Below, in pieces: positions 56,201-64,000 of a stretch of DNA of 64,000 nucleotides. Every line of letters begins with the position of its first letter. Within the stretch, counting starts at the first letter, position 1. The notes below the pieces were generated by a model. It was not told where the DNA came from and ran no database searches. It saw nothing but the letters and a program-made list of their open reading frames with translations. This stretch comes from Patescibacteria group bacterium (GTDB taxonomy: Bacteria; Patescibacteriota; Gracilibacteria; UM-FILTER-43-11). The position numbers and the translations under genes were made by a program. Location: contig JAHJBZ010000002.1 in assembly GCA_018813295.1 (NCBI GenBank), positions 1,935 through 65,934 on the forward strand. The letters run 5' to 3'.

Positions 56201-56830
56201 ATGGAATATATTCTCCAGCTCGACATCCATGGATACCCCCTACTAATGATTCCATGGAATATTATTTTGGCATTGGTGCCTTGCGCCATCGTCTACTATT
56301 TGGCGAAAGGGGTTGGTAAGAAAAAATGGAAACAGCTAAAAAATGACAGGTTTGCTTTTATGCTGATCTTTTTGATCTGGCTTTTTGTGCTGCCTAACAC
56401 TGCTTATCTTTTTATGATACCGAGGCATTTGGTGAATTATTGTGACAATCTTAGTATGTACCGAGTGTGTCTGGATGGATCGTGGTTGGTGATGTTCTTT
56501 TTTGCATATGCGCTTATCGGACTGCCGACTTTTTATTATGGACTTAATAAAATGGTTCGTATTTTTAAGACGATGTGTGGTGATTTGGCCGCGAAACTTT
56601 TGCCTATTTTTACGATCCCATTAATATCGATAGCTGTAATGTTTGGGCTGTATTCGCGTTATAACAGCTGGGACGTAGTGTTTCGGCCGAATTGTTTATT
56701 GAAGACTGTTGCTTCGTATTTTTCTGAGACCCATCTTTTGATTGATTTTGTTGTATTTACTCTGGGGCTTTATTTGATTTACTATGTAACTCGCTACGCT
56801 GTGGATGCGTCCCGATTACGGGACTGTTGA
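56201..56830 (+). CDS. DUF1361-like integral membrane protein; the last ~13 codons are supplied by a repeat element
   Basis: 209 aa and multi-TM with an LPNTAYLF..RHL motif. The C-terminal TRYAVDASRLRDC* is encoded by the left arm of the CTGTGGAT element. Confidence 0.55.
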   Translation: MEYILQLDIHGYPLLMIPWNIILALVPCAIVYYLAKGVGKKKWKQLKNDRFAFMLIFLIWLFVLPNTAYLFMIPRHLVNYCDNLSMYRVCLDGSWLVMFFFAYALIGLPTFYYGLNKMVRIFKTMCGDLAAKLLPIFTIPLISIAVMFGLYSRYNSWDVVFRPNCLLKTVASYFSETHLLIDFVVFTLGLYLIYYVTRYAVDASRLRDC

Positions 56831-56923
56831 TTCGGCTAACGCCTGTGGCTGAATTCAGTATACTTATTACATCCACAGCGTAGCGCATACATGCCCGATA
56901 GGGCGAATCCACAGCGTAGCGAA
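56791..56923. repeat. MITE/REP-like hairpin element (CTGTGGAT family), copy 3
   Basis: tcgctacgctgtggatgcgtcccgattacgggactgt...cccgatagggcgaatccacagcgtagcgaaa. It shares ctgtggatgcgtcccgattac.ggactgt with copy 1. Confidence 0.7.
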
Positions 56924-56939
56924 ATAAAATAGGAGAACC

Positions 56940-57215
56940 ATGATAAGAGTTCACTTAAAAATCAGAGGCAAAGTACAAGGCGTGTTCTTCCGCGCCCATA
57001 CTCAGGAAAAAGCTGAGAAGCTTGGTGATATAACTGGCTGGGTTGCGAATAATGCGGATGGAACTGTTGATGTGGTGGCAGAGGGGCCGGAGAATAAAAT
57101 TAATGATTTAATTGATTGGTGCCATAGTGGCCCGAGTACTTCTCAGGTAGAAAAAGTTGAGGTTGAAAAATTGACTTATAATGGCGAGTTTGATAGCTTT
57201 GGTATCCGGTACTGA
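56940..57215 (+). CDS. acyP: Acylphosphatase
   Basis: 91 aa with VHLKIRGKVQGVFFR and GWV.N..DG.V motifs. Confidence 0.9.
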   Translation: MIRVHLKIRGKVQGVFFRAHTQEKAEKLGDITGWVANNADGTVDVVAEGPENKINDLIDWCHSGPSTSQVEKVEVEKLTYNGEFDSFGIRY

Positions 57216-57220
57216 TAAGT

Positions 57221-57300
57221 AATTTACAATTCACAATTTACAATTTACAAATAAACTTCAAAACCTTTTAAAATTTAAAATTGTAAATTTAAAATTAAAA
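57221..57300. repeat. AT-rich hairpin (TTTACAATTT/AAATTGTAAA family)
   Basis: aatttacaattcacaatttacaatttacaaa...aaaatttaaaattgtaaatttaaaatt. Confidence 0.5.
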
Positions 57301-57304
57301 TAAA

Positions 57305-58093
57305 ATGGCTTCAGAAAAATATCCAATACTAATCACAATCCCCCACTGTTCTACCTTTGTTCCTGCGGATTTAAGGCGCATGATGGAGTTAACAGATGCG
57401 CAAATAAGGAGGCAGTGCGATCCTTTTACGGATGTTATTTTTGATGTGCCAAAAGTTCATGTTGTTAAGGCAAAAATTTCCAGGCTGGTGACTGATTTGA
57501 ATCGCGCACCGGATGATATTGAGATGGAGTATAAACTTTCCAACGATGGTGTTGTGGTGAGTGTAGATTTGGATGGTAACCAGATTTACAAAACACCGCC
57601 TTCTATTAAAACAATTTTTGATCGTGTTAAAAGATATCACGATACATTTCATGAAAAAATTGAGGAAATAAAGCCAAATATTAAATTTTTGATAGACGGT
57701 CACTCCCTGCGTAGTGTTTCCCCGCCTACGAGATCAGATGCGGGTACAGAGCGCGCGGATATTGTTCTCGGTAATCGCGATTTTACAACTTGCACCCGCA
57801 ATATGACTAAAAAGGTCATGAGATTTTTTCAAGACCGCGGTTATTCCGTTGCGATAAATGATCCGTATAAAGGCAGGTATTTAATTGGCTATCATTGTTC
57901 CCGCCGCCATCTTCCTGGTATCCAGATTGAGATTAATGAAAGGCTTTATATAAACGAAAAAACCCACCGCCCACATCAGGATAAAATGTATGATCTTCGT
58001 ACCATTATGGCAAAACTTGTGGATGAGATTGATGAAGAAATAGAAAAAATCGGCGTACCAGCTGGATCGAGGGGGCAGGAGAGGTTGTTTTGA
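57305..58093 (+). CDS. N-formylglutamate amidohydrolase-family protein
   Basis: 262 aa with IPHCST, DLNR and DGHS motifs in the order typical of the FGase family. Confidence 0.65.
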   Translation: MASEKYPILITIPHCSTFVPADLRRMMELTDAQIRRQCDPFTDVIFDVPKVHVVKAKISRLVTDLNRAPDDIEMEYKLSNDGVVVSVDLDGNQIYKTPPSIKTIFDRVKRYHDTFHEKIEEIKPNIKFLIDGHSLRSVSPPTRSDAGTERADIVLGNRDFTTCTRNMTKKVMRFFQDRGYSVAINDPYKGRYLIGYHCSRRHLPGIQIEINERLYINEKTHRPHQDKMYDLRTIMAKLVDEIDEEIEKIGVPAGSRGQERLF

Positions 58094-58186
58094 TTGATTT
58101 CTGCCTACGGCGGTGGTCTAATTGGAGGCCTAATTGGTGTAATGCACCCATAAGGTCACCTATTAGAACCTCAATTAGAAATACTC

Positions 58187-58228
58187 TTGACTTTTATTTT
58201 CATGTTCGATATAATTCTAGTATACTAG
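58187..58228 (+). promoter_or_regulatory. Sigma-70 promoter (TTGACT-17-TATAAT) with an overlapping CTAG-TATA-CTAG palindrome (TrpR-type operator candidate)
   Basis: -35 is at 58187-58192 and -10 at 58210-58215, with a 17-nt spacer. The perfect 12-bp palindrome CTAGTATACTAG at 58217-58228 covers the expected transcription start. Confidence 0.65.
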
Positions 58229-58253
58229 TATATTGTTATATTACTTTTTTCTT

Positions 58254-58502
58254 ATGAACCTATATTTAAGAAAGCTGGTGGATAAATTAGTAAAAACTAA
58301 TAACAAAAGAGATATGGTTGACCTGCTTGAAGCTCTGTTTACCCCTCAGGAACTTAGGTCAATCCCACGTAGACTTGAAATAATTCATTTGATAAAAAAA
58401 GGCATGCCACAACACGACATCGCAAAAAAGCTTGGCGTAGGTGTTGCAACTGTGTCACGTGGTGCAAATGAAGTAAAACTTGGACGCTTTAAAAATGTTT
58501 AA
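58254..58502 (+). CDS. TrpR/YerC-family trp repressor-like protein
   Basis: LFTPQELRSIPRRLEIIHLIKKGMPQHDIAKKLGVGVATVSRGANEVK parallels the E. coli TrpR segment LTPDE..R..I...L..G..SQR.I...LG.GIATITRGSN.LK. ATG 58254 is preferred over the TTG at 58233. Confidence 0.75.
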   Translation: MNLYLRKLVDKLVKTNNKRDMVDLLEALFTPQELRSIPRRLEIIHLIKKGMPQHDIAKKLGVGVATVSRGANEVKLGRFKNV

Positions 58503-58551
58503 AATTATAAACAATTGGTGGGAGTTGCAAAAAAGCCGTTATCAACGGTAG
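58495..58551 (+). CDS. trpL: trp leader peptide with tandem Trp codons (MFKIINNWWELQKSRYQR*)
   Basis: The 18-codon ORF was read by hand, with TGG TGG at 58516-58521. Its ATG overlaps the end of the TrpR-like gene. Its 3' end contains the antiterminator strand. Confidence 0.65.
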   Translation: MFKIINNWWELQKSRYQR

Positions 58552-58580
58552 TTTTGTAGTAATCGCTAAAACTATTTGAT

Positions 58581-58603
58581 GACGGCCAACGGGCCGTTTT
58601 TTT
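58581..58603 (+). terminator. Attenuator terminator immediately upstream of the trp fusion gene
   Basis: Stem ACGGCC (58582-87) / GGCCGT (58592-97) with loop AACG and a U-tract to 58603. The alternative pairing of AGCCGTTATC (58534-43) with GATGACGGCC (58578-87) is an antiterminator. Confidence 0.7.
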
Positions 58604-58623
58604 AATATTTAATTTATTTAACA

Positions 58624-61600
58624 ATGTTAACCGAAGAAAATTTCAATCAGCCATATGCACTTATCTCGAAAGGGGATAATATTCATTTTTACAGCGGAAA
58701 ATTCTTTCGTTTCGATAAATTAGACGATCTTGAGAAGTTTTATAACGAAAGCGACTCTCCTCTAATTTTTATAACTCCATTTTCCGTCGCAAAAGAGAAG
58801 GGATTCAAGGTGGTTGGCGACGAAAAAATACTCATATTACAGGCTGAGCTTAATCAAAAAATAACAGTTGAGTATCTTGATCAATTTATTTCAGACAAAT
58901 CGATTGAGTTAGATGGGGAAATATCTCCTTCCAAGTCAAATGAAGATTTTGCAAATGAGGTCAAACGGATCCAAAGTGAGGAAATTGCCGAAGGAAATGC
59001 TTGTCAGGTGGTTTTGTCTCGTAAATTTCAGGGCAGGATCGACGATATGACTCCAGGGGATCCACTTGTACTGTTTAGACGTTTGCTTTTACAAAAGGGG
59101 CAGTATATGACCTTTTTATTTTCGGACGGGCAAGGGCATTTCTTTGTTGGTGCTTCACCTGAGAGGCAATTGGAGATAAGGGGTGGCAATGTAGTAAAGA
59201 ACCCAATTGCAGGCACCATGCCTAAAGGTGAAAGGGGTGGGTTTAAGGAGAGATTGATAGAGTTTTTAAATGATCCAAAAGAGACTAATGAGTTATCACA
59301 AGTGTTAGATGAAGAACTAAAAATGATGGCTCAAATTTGCCCTGAGGGTGGGAAGATATTTGGACCATATTTACGTGAAACCGGAGCTGTTATACACAGC
59401 GAATATCATTTGGTAGGCCGCAGCAGCAAGCCTCCAATTCAGGCGCTAAAGGAATCTTTTCATGCTCCTACTTTGGTAGGCAGCCCACTTGAGAGTGCTT
59501 TTAGAATTATCGCAAAACGAGAACAGGAATCGCGACGTTATTATGGAGGTGAATTTGGGATAATGGAGCCAAATGGTGATATTGATAGCGCAATTATGAT
59601 CCGCACTGCTGAGATTGATAAGGATGGCAGTTTTGTCATTCAGGCTGGTGCTGGTATTGTGCGTGATTCACTTCCTGAGAAAGAGGCAAATGAAACACGC
59701 ATAAAAGCGGCCGGTATGATTAGTGCTTTAATGGGCGATCAGCGCTTTTCTAAATCTTATTTAGACGATATAGATAAAAAAGCTATTGAGCCAATTCTTA
59801 AAAAACGAAATCAGCGTTTTTCTCGTTTTCATTTCGAAGATCAGTTTGATTTTGTGGAAGAAGGCAAATTAAAAGGATTGAACATTACAATTGTAAATAA
59901 TGAGGATAATTTTGCGCATATGTTGGGACATATAGTTCGTCATATGGGATGCATCTACAAGGTTATTGATACTTTTGATTATTCACCTCAAGATGACACT
60001 AGTGATGTGGTGATTCTTGGACCTGGACCAGGAAATATTAATGATGAAGCGGATCCTCGCATGCAAAAATTATTGACAATCACCAGACAGCTATTGGACG
60101 AAAGTAGGCCTGTGCTAGGGATTTGTCTTGGTAACCAGGCACTTGGCAAGAGCTTGGGGATGATTGTAGAAAAGCAAAAGATCTCCACTCAAGGTGTTCA
60201 AATTCCAATTAATTATTTTGGGAAAAAGGAAAAAGTCGGTTTTTATAATTCGTTTATTCCTCGCTACAAAAAAACTGAACAGCAGATTGAAACTAGCTTG
60301 AACGAGGAAGAGCAAGTCGTTGCTATGAAAGGTAAAGGTATGGCTGGTTTGCAATTTCATCCTGAATCCGCGATGAGCCAGAATGGATATGGAATTCTGA
60401 AGGATGCGCTCTTTTTTCTCGCCCCAAAAAAATCCCTTCCCAAAGATCAAATTAAACAATTTGTTAAGCAGAGCGTTTCAGGAGCGATGACGCTTGATGA
60501 ACAAAAAGAGTTTCTGGTTGATTTGAATGAAAAAGGCTATACCGGAACTGATATTGCTAATTTTATAAAAGCTTTATACAAAGAAATGTCGAAGGAGGTT
60601 TGCGCAAAAGATGCAATTGATATTTGCGGTACCGGAGGGTCTAATCTTCCAAGAATTAACACTTCGACCTTGGCTGCTTTTGTTTGTGCTACTTGTGGGA
60701 TCTCAATTGCTAAACATGGAAACCGAGCTGCCAGTGGTAGGTTTGGTAGTTTTGATTTATTGGAAGCTTTGGGGGTTAACATTGAGGCAAATCACAAGCG
60801 ATTAGAACTGCTTTATAAAAATACGAATTTGGCATTTATTTTCGCACAAAAATTCCATCCCGTTATGAAGCATTTTGCCAAAGCTCGAAAAGAGATAGGG
60901 CAGAAAACGATCTTTAATCTTCTCGGACCACTTCTTAATCCTGCAAATCCAGGTAGGCAGATTATTGGTGTATCGAGTGTCGATGATATGGAGCTTATTA
61001 TCGAAGCAGCAAAGGGGCTTGGCAAAAAACATGTGATGGTCGTTTGTGGATCTGACGGGCTTGATGAGGTTACGATTACCGGACCCACTGATGTGATGGA
61101 GTTAAAAAACGGGGAAATTGCCAAATACACCATTAGGCCTGAGGATTTTGGAGTCAAATCTACAGCTTTTGACTCAATTGCAGGGGGCACTCCTGAGATA
61201 AATACGGAATTAGCAAAAGAAATTTTAGCCGGAACTTGTAAATCTAAACATTTGGATTTGATTTTAGTAAACGTTGCACTAATTTTGAAGTTTGACGGAA
61301 AGGTAAAAGATCTAAAATCCGGCATAAAAATGGCAAGAGAAGTTATAGAAAATGGATCTGTTCAGGCTGTTTTTGAGAAGTATAAGGAGATGAGCTGCAG
61401 CCCTAGCTTCTTACAAAAAGTCGTAAATTCAAAAATGGAGGAAGTTGCAAAATTAAAAAAACAATACCCTCTTGAGCAAATAAAAAAAGACCTCAAACCA
61501 TCTGATCGGGATTTTAAGTCTGCCCTCAGAGGAAAAGATAAATTAAGCCTGATTGCCGAAATTAAACTATCTTCCCCTAGCTTGCCGGACTTATATAAAG

Positions 61601-62775
61601 GCGATCTGAGTGTTGAGGAAATAGCCGTCTGTTATGAAAAAAATGGAGCTTCGGCTATTTCTGTACTCAGTGATAAGGAATTCTTTAAAGGCTCATATGA
61701 CAATTTGAATAAGGCGAGTAAGGCGACTTTAAAGACTCCGATCCTTATGAAGGATTTTGTAATTGATCCGTATCAGATTTATTTGGGGCGTTATTTTGGG
61801 GCTGATGCTGTGTTGCTTATCGCTGCGCTTTTAGACTTAGATACACTGAATTATTTGATAAAACTCGCGCACAGTTTGAATATGGATGCCCTTGTTGAAA
61901 TTCATGATGAAGATGAATTAAAAACCGTGCTTGATAGTTCTGCAGATATTATTGGTATTAACAATCGGGATCTTGAAACGCTGGAAGTAAGCACCAAAAT
62001 AACCTTGAGACTTTCTTCATCAATTCCAACTGACAAAGTGATTGTGGCGGAAAGCGGGTATGACGAAAGCAATGTAAGTCTGATTTCAGGAAAAACTGAT
62101 GCTGTTTTAATTGGCACATCTATTTTAAAAAGGACTGACATATCATCAGCAGTAGACCGTCTGGTTAATCCCGCTAAGGCTATTAAAATTTGTGGGGTAA
62201 CGGACTGTGAAACCGCTAAACTCTGTGATGAAAATGGAGTAACAATGATTGGTTTAAATTTTGTACCAAGCAGTAAAAGATATGTTAACTTTGACGAAGC
62301 CAGAAAAATCAGACCCTATATTAACCGAGCTGCTGTAGTTGGAATTTTCCAGGATCGCCCTGCTGAAGAAGTAAATCGGATCGCAGATGAATTGGACTTG
62401 GATTATGTTCAGCTTGCTGGAAGTGAATTACCTGCATATTGCAGCCAAATAAAAAAACCTGTGATTAAGACTATTAGGATTGATGATATGCTGCCTGATG
62501 ATATGCTTGATTCATTTAATAAATGCGTTGAAATGTTTGTATTGGACGGCCAAAAACCAGGTTCCGGCAAACCTTATGATTACAAAACTATAGATGGTAA
62601 TAAGTTTAAAAAACCTTTTTTAGTTGCTGGCGGAATAGCTTCAAAAAATGCCTCAGACGCTTTAAGGAGCACATCTGCTATTGGAATTGATGTGGCTAGT
62701 GGAGTTGAATCTAAGGGGAAAAAGGACCCTAAATTAATTAAACAACTTATTCAGACTTTAACCTTAAAATTATGA
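58624..62775 (+). CDS. trpEGDCF: Pentafunctional tryptophan-biosynthesis fusion protein TrpE-TrpG-TrpD-TrpC-TrpF
   Basis: 1383 aa in five domains.
- aa 1-370: chorismate-utilising domain (PIAGTMPKG, GSPLESAFRII, RRYYGGEFG, AGAGIVRDSLPEKEANET).
- aa ~419-598: GATase (GICLGNQAL, QFHPES).
- aa ~605-922: TrpD (ICGTGGSN..NTST, KHGNRAASGRFGSFDLLEALG).
- aa ~928-1180: TrpC (IAEIKLSSPS, LMKDFVIDPYQI, GINNRDLETL).
- aa ~1186-1383: TrpF (IKICGVT, IGLNFVPSSKRYV). Confidence 0.9.
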   Translation: MLTEENFNQPYALISKGDNIHFYSGKFFRFDKLDDLEKFYNESDSPLIFITPFSVAKEKGFKVVGDEKILILQAELNQKITVEYLDQFISDKSIELDGEISPSKSNEDFANEVKRIQSEEIAEGNACQVVLSRKFQGRIDDMTPGDPLVLFRRLLLQKGQYMTFLFSDGQGHFFVGASPERQLEIRGGNVVKNPIAGTMPKGERGGFKERLIEFLNDPKETNELSQVLDEELKMMAQICPEGGKIFGPYLRETGAVIHSEYHLVGRSSKPPIQALKESFHAPTLVGSPLESAFRIIAKREQESRRYYGGEFGIMEPNGDIDSAIMIRTAEIDKDGSFVIQAGAGIVRDSLPEKEANETRIKAAGMISALMGDQRFSKSYLDDIDKKAIEPILKKRNQRFSRFHFEDQFDFVEEGKLKGLNITIVNNEDNFAHMLGHIVRHMGCIYKVIDTFDYSPQDDTSDVVILGPGPGNINDEADPRMQKLLTITRQLLDESRPVLGICLGNQALGKSLGMIVEKQKISTQGVQIPINYFGKKEKVGFYNSFIPRYKKTEQQIETSLNEEEQVVAMKGKGMAGLQFHPESAMSQNGYGILKDALFFLAPKKSLPKDQIKQFVKQSVSGAMTLDEQKEFLVDLNEKGYTGTDIANFIKALYKEMSKEVCAKDAIDICGTGGSNLPRINTSTLAAFVCATCGISIAKHGNRAASGRFGSFDLLEALGVNIEANHKRLELLYKNTNLAFIFAQKFHPVMKHFAKARKEIGQKTIFNLLGPLLNPANPGRQIIGVSSVDDMELIIEAAKGLGKKHVMVVCGSDGLDEVTITGPTDVMELKNGEIAKYTIRPEDFGVKSTAFDSIAGGTPEINTELAKEILAGTCKSKHLDLILVNVALILKFDGKVKDLKSGIKMAREVIENGSVQAVFEKYKEMSCSPSFLQKVVNSKMEEVAKLKKQYPLEQIKKDLKPSDRDFKSALRGKDKLSLIAEIKLSSPSLPDLYKGDLSVEEIAVCYEKNGASAISVLSDKEFFKGSYDNLNKASKATLKTPILMKDFVIDPYQIYLGRYFGADAVLLIAALLDLDTLNYLIKLAHSLNMDALVEIHDEDELKTVLDSSADIIGINNRDLETLEVSTKITLRLSSSIPTDKVIVAESGYDESNVSLISGKTDAVLIGTSILKRTDISSAVDRLVNPAKAIKICGVTDCETAKLCDENGVTMIGLNFVPSSKRYVNFDEARKIRPYINRAAVVGIFQDRPAEEVNRIADELDLDYVQLAGSELPAYCSQIKKPVIKTIRIDDMLPDDMLDSFNKCVEMFVLDGQKPGSGKPYDYKTIDGNKFKKPFLVAGGIASKNASDALRSTSAIGIDVASGVESKGKKDPKLIKQLIQTLTLKL

Positions 62776-64000
62776 ACTACAAGAAAGCAATTTTTAACAA
62801 AGATGGTCATTTTGGAACTTATGGCGGCAGGTATGTGCCGGAACTTCTCGTGCCAATTATGGATGATTTGGCAGACACTTTTTTCAAAGCCATTAAAGAC
62901 AAGGAATTTTTGGAGGAGCTGAATAATCTTTACAAAAATTATATCGGCAGGCCTTCGCCGCTTGTTCATCTAAAAAACCTATCAGATAAGTTAGGTGGCG
63001 CCCAGATTTATTTAAAAAATGAGGGGCTTAATCATACCGGTGCCCATAAAATTAATCACTGCCTTGGGCAAGGATTACTAGCAAAAAGAATGGGCAAAAA
63101 ACGTATTATTGCAGAAACCGGTGCAGGCCAGCATGGCCTGGCTACCGCTACTATATGCGCTAAATTTGGACTGGGGTGTACTGTTTATATGGGTGCTAAG
63201 GATTATGACCGCCAAAGACCGAATGTATTTTGGATGGAACAGTTGGGTGCACAGGTTATTCCAGTTTACGAAGGTGGACAGATTTTGAGAGATGCGATTA
63301 ATGCAGCCTTGCGTGACCTCATTTCTAATCCGATAGATAGTCATTATTTACTAGGAACAGTTTGTGGACCGCATCCTTATCCTGTCATGAATACATATTT
63401 TCAAAGAGTGATAGGAGGGGAAGTTCGTAAACAATTAAAAATTAAACCGGACTACCTTGTTGCTTGTGTGGGCGGAGGTAGTAATGCGATAGGACTTTTT
63501 TATGAATTTCTGGATGACAAGAACATTACAATGATCGGAGTTGAAGCTGGCGGGAAAGGAATAAAAAGCAAGAAGCACGCCGCTCGTTTTCAAGGTGGCA
63601 GTAAAGGTGTTGCGGAAGGTTTCAAATCCTTCTTTTTGCAAGACGATGATGGTCAGCTAGCTGAAACCCACAGTATTTCCGCCGGACTTGATTATTCTGG
63701 TGTCGGACCACAAATGGCTTATTTAAAGGAAAAAGGGCGTATTAAATTTACTTATTCGACGGATAAAGATGTTCTTAAGGCCTATAAAACACTCGCCAAA
63801 ACGGAAGGTATTTTAGCCGCTCTGGAATCCTGCCATGCAGTGGCGGAAGTTATTAAACTAGCACCGACCTTAAAACCCAAGCAGACAATTGTGGTGAATG
63901 GTTCCGGGAGAGGTGATAAGGATTTATTTATTGTCACGAAGGAGCTGAAGGATGAGGGATTTAGGGAATTTCTGAGGGAGCAGGGTTGTACCTTGGTTCC
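62772..64000 (+). CDS. trpB: Tryptophan synthase beta chain (3' end beyond window)
   Basis: Read by hand: MNYKKAIFNKDGHFGTYGGRYVPELL.., LNHTGAHKINH (PLP lysine), ETGAGQHG, GGGSNAIG, SISAGLDYSGVGP. The ATG overlaps the fusion-gene stop in ATGA. The frame is still open at 64000, past the usual TrpB C-terminus. Confidence 0.93.
   Translation, partial: MNYKKAIFNKDGHFGTYGGRYVPELLVPIMDDLADTFFKAIKDKEFLEELNNLYKNYIGRPSPLVHLKNLSDKLGGAQIYLKNEGLNHTGAHKINHCLGQGLLAKRMGKKRIIAETGAGQHGLATATICAKFGLGCTVYMGAKDYDRQRPNVFWMEQLGAQVIPVYEGGQILRDAINAALRDLISNPIDSHYLLGTVCGPHPYPVMNTYFQRVIGGEVRKQLKIKPDYLVACVGGGSNAIGLFYEFLDDKNITMIGVEAGGKGIKSKKHAARFQGGSKGVAEGFKSFFLQDDDGQLAETHSISAGLDYSGVGPQMAYLKEKGRIKFTYSTDKDVLKAYKTLAKTEGILAALESCHAVAEVIKLAPTLKPKQTIVVNGSGRGDKDLFIVTKELKDEGFREFLREQGCTLV

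Noticed and set aside
62773-62775. Possibility of an alternative genetic code (TGA read as a sense codon), as in some candidate phyla.
   Set aside because: TGA terminates well-conserved proteins at their expected ends (the trp fusion and pgi). Conserved genes show no in-frame TGA.

Overview
AT-rich 64-kb chromosomal segment from a small-genome, probably uncultivated bacterium. TGA is used as a stop codon (pgi, the trp fusion gene), so the genetic code is standard. A CPR/Patescibacteria-like origin is my guess only.

The conserved backbone is uvrA, ruvB, dnaG, rpoD, greA, valS, ruvA, pgi, leuS, rsmI, glmS, rfbB and tRNA-His. Accessory blocks lie between these genes:
- A truncated giant pilin-like adhesin, followed by a secreted protein with two tandem paralogous small membrane proteins (1-4.5 kb).
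- A cAMP module: a CHASE2 adenylate cyclase and a stand-alone cNMP-binding protein.
- A 1768-aa orphan membrane protein.
- A FimT/PilV/PilW/PilX-type minor-pilin operon with a 1.1-kaa Cys/Asp-rich PilW-like protein.
- An IS30 element next to duplicated micro-ORF modules and orphan genes.
- A MazEF-type toxin-antitoxin pair.
- A trp locus. A single 1383-aa TrpE-G-D-C-F fusion gene is followed by trpB. It is preceded by a TrpR-like gene with a CTAG-N4-CTAG operator and a Trp-Trp leader peptide with an antiterminator/terminator.

Three things stand out beyond the gene content:
1. Almost every intergenic spacer holds a long imperfect hairpin built from short repeated words. Several of these form multi-copy MITE/REP-like families, some of which supply codons to flanking genes.
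2. A conserved promoter-plus-structured-leader cassette is shared by two unrelated genes.
3. Three consecutive pilin genes and an M23 peptidase have signal peptides that lie upstream of any ATG/GTG/TTG.

All calls come from reading the sequence and the ORF translations. No database searches were run.
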